This document shows positions 38,719 to 49,618 of a DNA stretch of 64,000 nucleotides, in pieces. The notes under the pieces are model-generated. The model did no database searches. It worked only from the letters and a program-made list of their open reading frames with translations, and had not been told where the DNA came from. The stretch is from Deltaproteobacteria bacterium. GTDB lineage: Bacteria > Desulfobacterota > Syntrophobacteria > Syntrophobacterales > Syntrophobacteraceae. A program made the translations under genes and the position numbers. How positions within the stretch are numbered: the first letter of the stretch is position 1; each line of letters opens with the position of its first letter. The stretch lies in assembly GCA_021793275.1 (NCBI GenBank), contig JAJYTC010000001.1, positions 26,045 through 90,044 of the forward strand, in the 5' to 3' direction.

Positions 38719-39385
38719 CGACCCGGCGCTCCACGTTGTGTAAAACGCCTTTGAAAGTGACCCTGTGCAGCGCACACGGCCCATATCTGCGCAGCGCCTC
38801 ATAATGGCGCGCCGTGCCATAGCCCTTGTGCGAATCGAATCCGTACCGGGGAAATTCCTCGTGGAACCGGCACATCAACCGGTCGCGATGTACCTTGGCG
38901 ATAATCGAAGCCGCTGCGATCGAAATCGAAAGAGAGTCCCCGTGAGGAATTCCCTTTTGACCAATGGAGAGGGGAAGTTTGTAGGGGCCGTCGATCAGAA
39001 GGAAATCGGGCGCGACGGACAACTGCGCGACCGCCCCGGACATAGCCCGAAAAGTTGCCTGCAGGATGTTTATCCGGTCTATTTCGGCGTTGTCTACAAC
39101 CCCGATTCCGATAGCGAGGGCGCGCGCCTGGATTTTTTCGAAAAAGTCTTCTCTTTGTTCAGCGGTGAGCTTCTTGGAATCGGTAATGCCCGGGAGGCGG
39201 ACGCTCTTTGACAATATCACCGCGGCAGCTACTACCGGACCTGCCAGCGGCCCGCGGCCGGCCTCGTCTATCCCGCAAACAAGATGAAACCCCTTCCGGT
39301 AGGCATCCCTTTCGTGAAGACGCATATCAACCGCAAGAGTTTCGATCATGTGCCTCTGCATCGTTTCCCTAAAGGCGAAGCGCAA
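38696..39385 (-). CDS. rnhB: ribonuclease HII (start uncertain, possibly 39325)
   Basis: 'CGIDEAGRGPLAGPVVAAAV' and 'DSKKLT'. Confidence 0.9.
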   Translation of the reverse strand: MRFAFRETMQRHMIETLAVDMRLHERDAYRKGFHLVCGIDEAGRGPLAGPVVAAAVILSKSVRLPGITDSKKLTAEQREDFFEKIQARALAIGIGVVDNAEIDRINILQATFRAMSGAVAQLSVAPDFLLIDGPYKLPLSIGQKGIPHGDSLSISIAAASIIAKVHRDRLMCRFHEEFPRYGFDSHKGYGTARHYEALRRYGPCALHRVTFKGVLHNVERRVDADEEPL

Positions 39386-39606
39386 AGGCGCGGGGAGCCG
39401 TGCCCCCGCGCCCGGAACGTCGGCGCCAAAATCTCTTCTGATATGCTCAGGTCAACAGCATTGTGGCCAAGCGGGCGGGCTGCAGCTCGCCGGAAACTTT
39501 TCGACACAGCAGGCTCCAGAAAACATCTTCGATTGGTCTTCCAACCCTTCGCGGCTGGAAGCCGCTCCTACAAAGGCCCGCTGACTCGCAATTCTCGGAC
39601 AGCCTG

Positions 39607-39969
39607 TTAGGCTTTCACCGCTTCGCGCTTTTCGCGTATCCTGGCCGCCTTGCCAACCCTTTTTCGCAGATAGTAGAGCCGCGACCTGCGCACACGGCCC
39701 CTGCGCAGAATCTCTATTTTTTCCACCTGGGGGGAATGAATGGGAAAAATACGCTCCACGCCAACCCCGTAGGACACCTTACGGACAGTGACGGTAGCGC
39801 CCATTTTGCCCCTGTGGGAGCGAATCACCAACCCCTCGAACACCTGGATGCGTTCCTTATCCCCTTCACGGATCTTCACGTGCACCTTGACCGTATCTCC
39901 AATCCTGAAGGCCGGAATGTCGAAGCGCATGTGATCTCTTTCGATCATTTCAAGCATACTGATTCCCAT
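39607..39969 (-). CDS. rplS: 50S ribosomal protein L19
   Basis: '[33 protein letters not shown]'. A GGAGGA lies 6 nt before the ATG at 39969. Confidence 0.95.
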   Translation of the reverse strand: MGISMLEMIERDHMRFDIPAFRIGDTVKVHVKIREGDKERIQVFEGLVIRSHRGKMGATVTVRKVSYGVGVERIFPIHSPQVEKIEILRRGRVRRSRLYYLRKRVGKAARIREKREAVKA

Positions 39970-39982
39970 TTTCATTCCTCCA

Positions 39983-40546
39983 TTAAATCGGTCTTCCCAA
40001 CAGCCGATCCATCAGGATGGAAGCGGCGGAGCGCACGGGAAGGTGATTGTATCCGTTAACGCCCGCAATCGGTTCGAGGACAGCGTCTACGGAGTCGAAA
40101 ATCTCCGGCGCAAGCCCCCAGCCCGTCCCAAGGATAAGCAAAAAAGACCGGTCTTCATTTTCAAGCAGTCGTCTGGCGTGGCGATGAGCCAGACTATTAT
40201 GTCCACCCTTTGCCGTGGTGGCCCAGACGATCGGGGTGTTTCCGTCCCTTCGGACCACATCCTCTATCGCCGAGGAAAGGCTATCCACCACCTTGAGAAG
40301 CTTCAACGCCTGCCGCCTCTCCGGAAGGATTTCTCCCCCCACCCCCTCTATCCAGTGCTTCGTAAGCCTGCCGGCAAGGGCCTGCTGGTCCTTTAGAGGC
40401 GTAACGATATAACACGCCTGCACGCCGAAGGTGCAGCACGACCGCGCCAGATCGTGAAGATCGAGGTTGGTAATCGCCGAAGCGATTGTGTCGCCCATCC
40501 GGTTAAGGACGGGATAATGCGCAAGCGCCAAGTAAAGCTGACCCAT
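39983..40546 (-). CDS. SPOUT-type RNA methyltransferase-like protein (Methyltrn_RNA_4-like, assigned from memory)
   Basis: '[36 protein letters not shown]'. It holds a conserved position between trmD and rplS. Confidence 0.55.
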   Translation of the reverse strand: MGQLYLALAHYPVLNRMGDTIASAITNLDLHDLARSCCTFGVQACYIVTPLKDQQALAGRLTKHWIEGVGGEILPERRQALKLLKVVDSLSSAIEDVVRRDGNTPIVWATTAKGGHNSLAHRHARRLLENEDRSFLLILGTGWGLAPEIFDSVDAVLEPIAGVNGYNHLPVRSAASILMDRLLGRPI

Positions 40547-40561
40547 ACCACCTTCGTGCGT

Positions 40562-41287
40562 TTACTTTTGACTTTCTTCCAGCAGTTCCCGGTCCTCGGG
40601 GCTCAGTTCCAAACGTGCGAAAAGGTCGGGACGGCGCATCCTGGTCCTTAGCAGTGCCTGCCCGCGCCGCCAGCGGCGAATCGTCTCATGGTTGCCGCAA
40701 AGCAACACCGGCGGCACGCTCATGCCCTCGAAATCCCTGGGCCGCGTATACTGAGGATGCTCAAGGACCGGTTGGCTGAACGAATCCTCCAACGCCGACC
40801 CCTCATTGCCCAGCACCCCGGGAATAAGCCGGGCCACTGCATCCACTACGACCATGGCCGCAAGCTCTCCACCCGTCAAAACGTAGTCGCCGATCGATAT
40901 CTGGTCGTCGGTAAAATATTCCGCTACCCGCTCGTCAACTCCCTCGTATCTTCCGCAAATAAGAACCAGACGAGGAAGCAGACTCAACCGCCGGGCAACC
41001 TCCTGGGTGAACAGCCGCCCCTGCGGAGTCAGCAATATGCTCCTGGCCGCAGGGCCGCTTGCCTCGATTGCTCGAAGGGCGCCGACTATGGGTTCGGGCT
41101 TCATCACCATTCCCTCTCCGCCCCCGAAGGGACGGTCGTCGGTCATCTGATGCCTGCCCGGAGCGAAATCGCGTATATTATGCACCCGAACATGGATGAG
41201 CCCGCGTTCGCGGGCCTTGCCGACCATGCCTTCTTCCAGGGGGGAAGAAAACATTGAAGGGAAAATCGTCAGAATATCAAAGATCAT
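40562..41287 (-). CDS. trmD: tRNA (guanine37-N1)-methyltransferase
   Basis: '[12 protein letters not shown]', '[13 protein letters not shown]' and '[11 protein letters not shown]'. Confidence 0.95.
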   Translation of the reverse strand: MIFDILTIFPSMFSSPLEEGMVGKARERGLIHVRVHNIRDFAPGRHQMTDDRPFGGGEGMVMKPEPIVGALRAIEASGPAARSILLTPQGRLFTQEVARRLSLLPRLVLICGRYEGVDERVAEYFTDDQISIGDYVLTGGELAAMVVVDAVARLIPGVLGNEGSALEDSFSQPVLEHPQYTRPRDFEGMSVPPVLLCGNHETIRRWRRGQALLRTRMRRPDLFARLELSPEDRELLEESQK

Positions 41288-41796
41288 GACTCGAGGCCTT
41301 CCGGCAAATCCACTATAACTTTTCCGTTGGGCAGATCCACCTCGCTCACGACCCCTTCGATTGCAGGTATGAGCACTTCTTTGCCGCCGCCTTCCACCAC
41401 GTAAACGTCATTGCTTCGGGTTTCCAGAACGGCGTTCAAAGTCCCAAGTGGTCTTCCCTCCTTTGTCTCGACCGAAAGCCCGATCAGTTGAAAATGATAA
41501 TATTCCCCTTGCGGCAAGCGCGGCAGACGCTCGCTGTCGATAAAAATTTCCTTGCCGGTTAACGCTTCCGCCTGATCCCGGCCGGATATTTCTTCGAACT
41601 CGACAATCCAAACCCGATTTTGCGCGCGAAGACTTGCCAGCGTAAACTGCCGCTGCTCTCCGCTTTCCATCGAAAACAGCTTATCGCCGGCATCCAACTC
41701 ATCGAAGGTTTCTCCGTAAGGAAAGACCTTCAGAGCTCCCCGGACTCCGTGAGCTTTTGTCACCTTCCCTATGGCAACCAGAAGGGACTTATCCAT
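41284..41796 (-). CDS. rimM: 16S rRNA processing protein RimM
   Basis: '[16 protein letters not shown]' with a PRC barrel C-terminus. Its stop overlaps the trmD start in an ATGA. Confidence 0.9.
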   Translation of the reverse strand: MDKSLLVAIGKVTKAHGVRGALKVFPYGETFDELDAGDKLFSMESGEQRQFTLASLRAQNRVWIVEFEEISGRDQAEALTGKEIFIDSERLPRLPQGEYYHFQLIGLSVETKEGRPLGTLNAVLETRSNDVYVVEGGGKEVLIPAIEGVVSEVDLPNGKVIVDLPEGLES

Positions 41797-41801
41797 CGTT
41801 G

Positions 41802-42035
41802 CTATTCGATTATCTCCAAAACGGCCCTCTTGCGAATCTTGGTCGATGCAGCGCTGAGGATCGTCCTCATGGCGCGGGCAGTGCGCCCCTGCTTGCCGAT
41901 CACTTTGCCAAGGTCCTCTTTGGATACCCGGAGTTCGATAACGGAGGTCTGCTCGCCCTCTATCTCGGAAACTCTCACCTTTTCCGGGTTATCAACCAAT
42001 GCACGCGCCATAAACTCGATGAGTTCTTTCAACAT
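41802..42035 (-). CDS. KH-domain RNA-binding protein (UPF0109/YlqC)
   Basis: '[21 protein letters not shown]...[16 protein letters not shown]'. Confidence 0.85.
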   Translation of the reverse strand: MLKELIEFMARALVDNPEKVRVSEIEGEQTSVIELRVSKEDLGKVIGKQGRTARAMRTILSAASTKIRKRAVLEIIE

Positions 42036-42076
42036 GACTTCCTCCGGGTGAATGCGCTGGGTGATCAATTGGGAAT

Positions 42077-42322
42077 TCAGCTCAGTTTCGCATGTTTCCT
42101 GATCAAGCTGCGAACGGTATCGGTCGGTTTCGCGCCCTGTCCCAGCCAATACTGGAGCCTCTCGCTGTCGATGTGCACATTAGTGTTCACGGGGAGCGGA
42201 TCATAGGTGCCGATGTTTTCTATGAACCTGCCGTCGCGCGGCGCCTCGGACGAGGCGACAACTATCCTGTAGAACGGCCTTTTTTTCCTTCCGCCACGAG
42301 CCAAACGAATTTTAACCGGCAT
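42077..42322 (-). CDS. rpsP: 30S ribosomal protein S16
   Basis: '[23 protein letters not shown]'. An AGGAGG RBS precedes the start. Confidence 0.95.
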   Translation of the reverse strand: MPVKIRLARGGRKKRPFYRIVVASSEAPRDGRFIENIGTYDPLPVNTNVHIDSERLQYWLGQGAKPTDTVRSLIRKHAKLS

Positions 42323-42488
42323 TAACTCTAAACCTCCTGTTCTCATCCACACGCCGGGTGCGGGAACGGCAACGCCCCTAAGGCGTTTGCACATGGGAAT
42401 AACCATCTTCTTCACGTACCCGATCCACGGCGCACATCCGCCTTTGACTGGTACGGTAAAATTTTCTATATAATGCATAATGCTTAGA

Positions 42489-43844
42489 TTAAAAAGGGAA
42501 AAATGACCCCTTTCGCCTCACTTTCCCTTTCTTTTTTTTCGCTCCCCCGCCCGCGCCCATCATCTGGCGCATCATCCTGCGCGAATCCTCGTAGCCTTTG
42601 AGCAGCCGGTTGACGTCCTGAACGCTCGTCCCGCTCCCATTGGCAATCCTTCGCCTGCGACTCGCGTTCAATATATCCACGTTCCTGCGCTCCTCTGCGG
42701 TCATCGACCGGATGATCGCTTCCATGCGCACGAATTCCTTCTCGTCTACCTTGACCTTCTTCAGCTCCTTCAAGGCCCCCATGCCCGGAAGCATGCTCAT
42801 TATCTGTTCAAACGAGCCCAGTTTTCTCACCTGCTGAAGCTGGCCGAGAAAATCTTCCAGGGTAAAAGCGTCTTGTCTGAACTTGCGGGCGAGCTCCTCG
42901 GCCTGTTTTTCGTCAAAAGCCTCCTGGGCCTTCTCTATCATCGTCAGGACATCGCCCATCCCGAGAATCCGCGAGCTCATCCTGTCGGGATAAAATACTT
43001 CCAGGGCATCCATCTTTTCGCCGACGCCTACAAACTTTATCGGGCAGTTGGTGACCGAACGGATCGAAAGGGCCGCCCCGCCCCGCGCGTCGCCGTCGAG
43101 CTTAGTGAGGATAACCCCGGTCAGCCCCAGCTTTTCATTAAACGCACCGGCAATCTGTACCGCGTCCTGGCCCGTCATGGAGTCTGCTACAAGAAGGAGC
43201 TCTGCGGGCGATAGAATGGTTTTTAGCCGCAAGAGCTCATCCATGAGTTGGGCGTCGATATGCAGCCGACCTGCCGTATCAACCAGGAGAGTATCACAAT
43301 TTTCCAGGCGGGCGTAATTTAAAGCTTCTTCGACAATCCGTTCGGGGGTCTGGCCGGACTTTGAAGAATAGACAGGAAGCTTCAACTGTCCGGCAAGGGT
43401 AATCAACTGATCGATGGCAGCGGGTCGGTAGACATCGGCCGGGACAAGACAGGGCCTTCTGCCGTCGTTTGAGAGCTTGCGGGCCAGCTTTGCCGCAGTC
43501 GTCGTCTTGCCGGAGCCCTGCAGGCCGACCAGCATCACGGCGACCGGCAGCCGCCCGGAGAGTTTGAGCGGCTCGGCGCTTCCACCCATAAGGGCGGCCA
43601 ACTCCTCATGTACGATCTTTATAACCTGCTGACCGGGCGTGAGGCTCTGCATCACTTCCTGCCCTATGGCCCTCTCATTGATGCCGGCAACGAAATCCTT
43701 GGCCACCTTATAGTGGACGTCGGCCTCGAGCAGCGCCATCCTCACTTCCCTGAGGGCCTCTTTTATATTGGCTTCGGTGAGCTTGCCCCGGCCGCGTAAA
43801 TTCTTGAAGATTTTTTCAAATTTTCCCGACAGATTATCGAACAT
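42489..43844 (-). CDS. ffh: signal recognition particle protein
   Basis: '[18 protein letters not shown]', '[10 protein letters not shown]' and an M-domain with a Met-rich segment. Confidence 0.95.
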   Translation of the reverse strand: MFDNLSGKFEKIFKNLRGRGKLTEANIKEALREVRMALLEADVHYKVAKDFVAGINERAIGQEVMQSLTPGQQVIKIVHEELAALMGGSAEPLKLSGRLPVAVMLVGLQGSGKTTTAAKLARKLSNDGRRPCLVPADVYRPAAIDQLITLAGQLKLPVYSSKSGQTPERIVEEALNYARLENCDTLLVDTAGRLHIDAQLMDELLRLKTILSPAELLLVADSMTGQDAVQIAGAFNEKLGLTGVILTKLDGDARGGAALSIRSVTNCPIKFVGVGEKMDALEVFYPDRMSSRILGMGDVLTMIEKAQEAFDEKQAEELARKFRQDAFTLEDFLGQLQQVRKLGSFEQIMSMLPGMGALKELKKVKVDEKEFVRMEAIIRSMTAEERRNVDILNASRRRRIANGSGTSVQDVNRLLKGYEDSRRMMRQMMGAGGGAKKKKGKVRRKGSFFPF

Positions 43845-43927
43845 TTCTCCCGCCTCTCGGCTTGCGCCTCAGCAAATGCATTCCGCCCGCATCACATTAT
43901 ATGCCGGTTAGCATAGTATAGCATCAA

Positions 43928-44356
43928 TCAGAAACGGGTTCCATCGGAGGCTTTATCCGCGTCGCCCGGAGTGAAAACAGCCGACGAACCGCGCAAAGAT
44001 ATCCTCTTTGTCATTGTCTTACCGACCGGGCAAGGCCCCAGCTCGGCCAGCATGCGTCTTTCTTCCGGCCCCAAATCCCCCTTAAGCTCCACTTCGTATT
44101 CGAAAACGGTCTCCTCGGGATCGTCCCGGTTGAGCGAAACTTTCACCCTCACCTCGTCCAGGCGAATTTTACTTTTGTCCGCAAACATTCTCAGATTCAT
44201 GTTGATGCAACTGGCAAGGGCCGCCTCGAGCAGATCGTGGGGACGAAAACCCGAACCGCTCCCTCCTTTGTCGGACGTCGTATCGCAAAAACCTTCGCTC
44301 TTTCCGTCCGTAAACATCGTTCTATACGGCGTATCGCCGCTGACGCTCACTATCAT
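43928..44356 (-). CDS. OsmC-family protein
   Basis: 142 aa, with 'PHDLLEAALASCI' and a distal 'CPV' Cys. Confidence 0.75.
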   Translation of the reverse strand: MIVSVSGDTPYRTMFTDGKSEGFCDTTSDKGGSGSGFRPHDLLEAALASCINMNLRMFADKSKIRLDEVRVKVSLNRDDPEETVFEYEVELKGDLGPEERRMLAELGPCPVGKTMTKRISLRGSSAVFTPGDADKASDGTRF

Positions 44357-44379
44357 TTTTCGCTTCCTCTCCGTGACAG

Positions 44380-46377
44380 TTACTTCAGCACGATTTCCCT
44401 GAAATCGTCGGGCTCGGATAGGAGCCTTTCTTCAGGCTTTCCGGCCCAGGTCATCGTAAACTCACGAAAATAGCTCATCATTGCGATGTTTAGCTTAAAG
44501 CGCATCCCGGCCTTCAATTTATCGACCCCGAACCACTTAGCCGGGAAAAATGCTTCTATGGCAATGCGGGGAATGGATTCGTGTATTTTTTCCAGGCGCC
44601 CGTTTGTCGGCAGCTTCTGCACGCAGACGCCGTTTTCCAACCGAAAGAGCTCCGGGTCGATTTTAAATCCACCGGGAGAGGAAGGGTTTTTTTGCGGGAT
44701 AAGGTATATGGCCAGGTGGTTTCTCACGCCCTTTGATTTCACAGTAAAATGGAGCTGAAACGCTTCGGATTTCGGAAATTCACCCCTGTAGGCCAAAAAA
44801 CCAGGGTCCGCATAATCCTGCGACAGGCTGAAAAGGTAAAAACCCTCCGGTCTCCATGTGAGGTGAACCTCGGCAAAGGGCACATACGGTGCAGGCGCGG
44901 TAAAACCGGAAAGCAGCGTTTTTTCCTTGTCCCATTCGACGAGGGTCTGATCGCGGAGGTCAATCCGGTAATGCGCCCTTGGCACCAATACCGGCCCGGG
45001 CTCTGCGGATCTTTTCGCCTCCCGGCGCAGGCTCTTTTCGTGCACCTGCGCCAGGACCGGGTTCAGTTTTTGAAATTGTTCGGTCAGCAACCGATAGGGC
45101 CTGTTCGCCGTATCGATAAGCCCCATATCGTAGTCTTCGCCGTCCGGTCGTCCTCCGAGCGGCTCGTCGTAATACTGAAACCACTGCGTGCCTGCCACGT
45201 TGGGGAAACGGGCAAAGTTGAGCAGCGCCCTGCCCGCTCCCCATGCCCTCTCCGCCTGGGTTGGGACGGTCATGAAATGGCCGCGGTGCGGATTAATTTT
45301 GCCGAAGTCCTCGTTGAGGTTGTCGCTCCGGTTTCGATCGGCGGAAAAATAGAATTCGCTCACCAAAACAGGCTTGTTGTCGAGTTTTCGCAGTCCGTCG
45401 AAGTAGTAGGGCGCGACCCAGCCGTCTGGAGTATCGACATTATAATTAGTCGAAATCGCGTCAACATTGTTTCCCATCGCCCGTATCACAACCTGGTTGT
45501 AATAAGAGGCCAACCTGTCGCCAAGCACCAGAGCCCGAGGGTCGGCCGCGTGAATCGCCACGTACATCAGTTTGTAATAGCGCCTCGCCAGTGCGCCCAT
45601 AAACCGGTCCGCCAGCCGGATGCCGTTTCCGCCCGGCCTCAATTTGAGGGCGGCCCCGGCCTTCTTGAGGTCCTCGAAATTTTTCGCTCCGCCCCGGGGC
45701 GCCCAGTCGACAAGAAGAGCCTTCCAGCTTCCTCCATAGGTGTTGTAGATCATTCGCCAGAGAAATCTCTTGGTGTGGTTTTTCCAGGGGGCCTTCAAAA
45801 ACCAGATGAACAGCGCCGAATTCCACCACCCCAGTTCGTTATCACTAAAGTATCCTATGAGTTGCGGCATGTTTCGGTAAGGGGCGGTAAGCTCCCGGGC
45901 CTTTTTCATGACAATTTTTCTCATTTTGGGAGCGAAGGGATCGTGCCAGTGGAACAGGCAGCACCGGCCCAGTTCCAAATCCACCATGACCGGCAGTCCT
46001 ATCTTGGGCGAGTTGTCGCACCAGGCCCCCAGAGTGTTGAATCCCCAATCCCTTAGCCGTGCGGCGACCGCGGTGCGCCATTTATCGACCGAAGGGTAAA
46101 AATTGGCCCAAAAAAATGCATGCTCGGTCACGCCCCTTTCGCATTCGAGGCCGGGGTTGACGAAGTCGACGCCCTTGGAATAAAAAAGCTTCCCCTGTGG
46201 ATCGACCAGCCACCAGACCCCGTTTATATTCGCCGTGCGCCATCCTTTCCCCCCCGCGTCAACCTTCATTGGATGGCCGAGAGTTTGCGGAGGGCAGGCA
46301 AAAACCACACTCGAAAGCAAAACAGCGACAAACAGAGAAAACCTGTACCGAAACCGCAAATGCAAAACATCCCCCAT
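44380..46377 (-). CDS. secreted hypothetical protein, possible clan-A (TIM-barrel) glycoside hydrolase
   Basis: Has an N-terminal signal-like segment. Contains 'GFNTLGAW', 'FSDNELGWW', 'LVSEFYF' and 'WFQYYDEPLGGRPDGEDYDMGLID'. The assignment is motif-level only. Confidence 0.45.
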   Translation of the reverse strand: MGDVLHLRFRYRFSLFVAVLLSSVVFACPPQTLGHPMKVDAGGKGWRTANINGVWWLVDPQGKLFYSKGVDFVNPGLECERGVTEHAFFWANFYPSVDKWRTAVAARLRDWGFNTLGAWCDNSPKIGLPVMVDLELGRCCLFHWHDPFAPKMRKIVMKKARELTAPYRNMPQLIGYFSDNELGWWNSALFIWFLKAPWKNHTKRFLWRMIYNTYGGSWKALLVDWAPRGGAKNFEDLKKAGAALKLRPGGNGIRLADRFMGALARRYYKLMYVAIHAADPRALVLGDRLASYYNQVVIRAMGNNVDAISTNYNVDTPDGWVAPYYFDGLRKLDNKPVLVSEFYFSADRNRSDNLNEDFGKINPHRGHFMTVPTQAERAWGAGRALLNFARFPNVAGTQWFQYYDEPLGGRPDGEDYDMGLIDTANRPYRLLTEQFQKLNPVLAQVHEKSLRREAKRSAEPGPVLVPRAHYRIDLRDQTLVEWDKEKTLLSGFTAPAPYVPFAEVHLTWRPEGFYLFSLSQDYADPGFLAYRGEFPKSEAFQLHFTVKSKGVRNHLAIYLIPQKNPSSPGGFKIDPELFRLENGVCVQKLPTNGRLEKIHESIPRIAIEAFFPAKWFGVDKLKAGMRFKLNIAMMSYFREFTMTWAGKPEERLLSEPDDFREIVLK

Positions 46378-46386
46378 GCTTGTTAC

Positions 46387-48138
46387 TCACTGTTCACTGA
46401 ATTGATATTGATACAGGGCGGCGAAAGGACCCTGCGCTCTGATCAGCTCATTAAAAGAGCCCTGCTCGATGATCTCGCCTTTGCCAAGCACAATGATCCT
46501 GTCCGCCTTGCGGACGGTCGAAAGCCTATGGGCGATGATGAAGGTGGTCCTTCCCAGGGTCAGTTGTTCCAGGCCTTCCATGATGAGGGCTTCCGTTTCG
46601 GCATCCACCGAAGAAGTCGGCTCGTCGAGAATCAGGATAGGGGAGTCGCGAAGAATGGCGCGGGCAATGGTTATGCGCTGGCGCTCTCCCTCCGAAAGGG
46701 TCGCGCCCTGCTCCCCTACTACCGTATCATATTTTTCGGGAAGTCTGTCGATCGAATCATGTATTCGGGCAAGTTTTGCTGCGGAGATTATCTCTTCGAT
46801 CCCGGCTTCCGGCCTCCCGTAGGCTATGTTTTCCCGGACTGAAATGGGAAAAACCAGGGGGGGCTGGAGCACCATGGAGATCTGGGCTCGAAGCGACTTC
46901 AATTTGAAGTCGCGCACATCCACGTCGTCTATTAGGACTCTACCTTCCATCGCGTCATAGAAACGGGGAATCAGGCTGACCAGCGTTGATTTTCCAACAC
47001 CCGTCGGACCCACAAAAGCGATTTTTTCCCCCGGCTTGACGCTCAGGTTTATGTCCTTTAGCACCGGTTGGTGCGCGCTGTAGTGAAAGCAGACGTTTTC
47101 CAGGGTAACCTTCCCCCTGGTTCCCGATTTTCCAAACGAGCGGGGGCCTTCCTTGAGGTCCTTTTCGACTTCGAGTATTTCGAACACGCGATCCACGCCG
47201 ACTTTGGCGCCTTGCACCATCCCCCATGTCGTGCATATGGTGTTTATAGGGCTGTAGAGCGAAGCCAGGTAGGTGGTAAAGACGATTATTCCCCCCACGG
47301 TCAGGCGCCCCGACATGACGTGCATCGCCCCTACCCACACAACCATCGCTGTCCCCACGGCCATCACCACATTGACAACGCCGGAGTAAAATGTCTGAAG
47401 AGTATAAAGCTTGAGGCTCGCTCCCAGGCTTTTGTCGCTTGCGCTCATGAACTTGCGGTGCTCTTCCTCTTCCTTGGTGAATGCCTGGATGATGCGTATC
47501 GCGGACATGGCCCGCTGCACGACGGTATAAACTTCGCTTTCCTCCTGCCGCGCAAGGACTGAAGCCGAGGTGATTCTGCGGCTCATAACGACAATGGATG
47601 CCAATAGCACGGGGCACACAGCCAGGGAAAGAATGGTAAGTTCCCAGTCGATCTTTACCATTACCGCGAACATGCCGCCCAGCAGAACCAGGGCGGTCAA
47701 TATAGGAAATACCCCGTTCATCGTAAGACTTTGGATGGCATAAGTATCGGAGGTAACCCGGTAGAGCAGGTCTCCCACCTGGCGGCGGTTGTGAAATGCA
47801 AGCGAAAGACGCTGCAAGTGGGCATAGAGGTCCCGGCGCATGTCGTTTACCATCTTCTGGCCTATCTTGATGGTGGTGTAGTTGTTCAGGAGCGTAATGC
47901 CGCCCAGGACGATATAGATAACCACAAGACTGCCGGTCGCCAGGATAAGAAGAGTGGAGTGAGGAAAACCTCTTGCGAAATGCCACCGCACCGGTTTGCC
48001 GTTGAGCACGTTGTCAATTATGACCTTGAGCGGCCATGGTTTGAGAAGTTCGCAGCCGCTCATGACGAATACCTCGGCAAGCGCCACAATGAACGGCAAC
48101 CGATAAGGCCATAAATATTTAAGGACCCTCTTCAACAT
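46387..48138 (-). CDS. ABC exporter, fused permease/ATPase (MsbA-like)
   Basis: Has six TM helices. Contains 'GPTGVGKST', 'LSEGERQRI' and 'ILILDEPTS'. Confidence 0.9.
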   Translation of the reverse strand: MLKRVLKYLWPYRLPFIVALAEVFVMSGCELLKPWPLKVIIDNVLNGKPVRWHFARGFPHSTLLILATGSLVVIYIVLGGITLLNNYTTIKIGQKMVNDMRRDLYAHLQRLSLAFHNRRQVGDLLYRVTSDTYAIQSLTMNGVFPILTALVLLGGMFAVMVKIDWELTILSLAVCPVLLASIVVMSRRITSASVLARQEESEVYTVVQRAMSAIRIIQAFTKEEEEHRKFMSASDKSLGASLKLYTLQTFYSGVVNVVMAVGTAMVVWVGAMHVMSGRLTVGGIIVFTTYLASLYSPINTICTTWGMVQGAKVGVDRVFEILEVEKDLKEGPRSFGKSGTRGKVTLENVCFHYSAHQPVLKDINLSVKPGEKIAFVGPTGVGKSTLVSLIPRFYDAMEGRVLIDDVDVRDFKLKSLRAQISMVLQPPLVFPISVRENIAYGRPEAGIEEIISAAKLARIHDSIDRLPEKYDTVVGEQGATLSEGERQRITIARAILRDSPILILDEPTSSVDAETEALIMEGLEQLTLGRTTFIIAHRLSTVRKADRIIVLGKGEIIEQGSFNELIRAQGPFAALYQYQFSEQ

Positions 48139-48605
48139 AGATAATTTCTTTCTTGCAGAACCCTTTTCGATTTAGTAGTCTGAGCGGCACCAAAATTCGG
48201 CGCCGGGCATTGCCCACTTCTAAGCGCTCCGACTGACAAATTTCAACGCGTTTTTAATCCGGCTCTCATAAAAGGGAAAGCAAAAACTCCCGGGTGGCGA
48301 ACAAAAATTTGGGTGGGACTCCGACACCGGCCGCATTGGAATTCCACCAGAGAGGTTTGACCACCGCTACGCACGGTCGATAAACTGAGTGCCGACGGCC
48401 ATTTCCAGGGGCCTTCCGGAAAGTGCGTTCATCTTTATCGATATTAGCGGCGCAATATTTCTCGCAATCCTCGCACCTCCCACCTGCTTGAAGGAGCACC
48501 GTAAGATTCGTTGCTTTGACAATTAATATTTTTGCTTCCGCCGTACCGGCTTATTTGGAGTGAACGGCTTTTTTTCTTACGTCTGATTGCCTGTAGGAGT
48601 TTCAC

Positions 48606-49550
48606 ATGAGCCAAGGAAAAGATCTATTGGATAAATTGGCGCGGAAGGGGATCTCACGAAGAGATTTCATGAAGTATTGCGGGGCCCTTACCGCAACATT
48701 GGGACTGTCCTCAGCTTACGTTCCCAAAGTGGCCGCCGCGATCAAAAAAGCCTCACGGCTTCCTGTTGTGTGGCTGACAATGGCCGAATGCTCAGGCTGC
48801 ATAGAAGCTACCCTACGAACGACATATCCATGGATCGACACGCTGCTGCTCGACATCGTTTCGATGGACTATCTCGACATGATCATGGCGCCCTCCGGTC
48901 AAGCGGCGGAAAAGTCCCTTCATGATTCGGTCCTCAGAAATACCGGCAAATTTGTGCTTGTAGTAGAGGGCGCGATCCCGACGGGGGCAAACGGAAATTT
49001 CGGGACAATGGGCGGCGGCAAGACAATGGTCGAGGTGATAAAGGATGTGGGACCGAAGGCAGCGGCCATCATCGCTATCGGGACATGCTCATCCTACGGC
49101 GGACTGCCTGCGGCATCGCCCAATCCCACTCAGGCCAAGAGCGTGAGCGAGGTTACCGGCCTCCAAACCATAAACGTCCCGGGCTGTCCGCCCAACCCGA
49201 TTAATTTCGTGGGCACCATTGTAAATTATCTGCTGTTCGGAAAGATGCCCGCGCTCGACGACAAGAGGCGCCCCCTTTTCGCTTACGGGCAGATCATTCA
49301 TGACCAGTGCCCCAGAAGGGCTCATTTCGACGCCCACGAATTCGTCACCAACTTTAACTCCGAAGAAGCCAGAAAAGGTTTCTGCCTCTACCAGATGGGG
49401 TGCAAGGGCCCCCAAACCCACAATAACTGCGCCAAAGTCCTTTTTAACGAAGGCACGAACTGGCCGGTGGGGGCCGGACATCCCTGTATAGGGTGCAGTG
49501 AGCCCGATTTCTGGGATAAAGAAGCTCCCTTTTTCAACCCCATTTCCTGA
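48606..49550 (+). CDS. periplasmic [NiFe] hydrogenase small subunit (Tat signal)
   Basis: Twin-arginine 'SRRDFMKYC' and 'ECSGCIE', with FeS Cys clusters to the end. There is no C-terminal TM anchor. Confidence 0.95.
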   Translation: MSQGKDLLDKLARKGISRRDFMKYCGALTATLGLSSAYVPKVAAAIKKASRLPVVWLTMAECSGCIEATLRTTYPWIDTLLLDIVSMDYLDMIMAPSGQAAEKSLHDSVLRNTGKFVLVVEGAIPTGANGNFGTMGGGKTMVEVIKDVGPKAAAIIAIGTCSSYGGLPAASPNPTQAKSVSEVTGLQTINVPGCPPNPINFVGTIVNYLLFGKMPALDDKRRPLFAYGQIIHDQCPRRAHFDAHEFVTNFNSEEARKGFCLYQMGCKGPQTHNNCAKVLFNEGTNWPVGAGHPCIGCSEPDFWDKEAPFFNPIS

Positions 49551-49618
49551 TCGATCGGGCCTTTCGGGTGACAGGGAAAATTCGAGTGGTGCGTTTTTTC
49601 ATTTAAGGAGAAACAATC

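Noticed and set aside
48139-48605. A tRNA, sRNA or clear promoter in the 470-nt spacer upstream of the hydrogenase genes.
   Set aside because: I could build no cloverleaf. The TTGACA at 48516 lacks a properly spaced -10 element, and no sigma54 TGGCAC-N5-TTGC is present. It is left unannotated.
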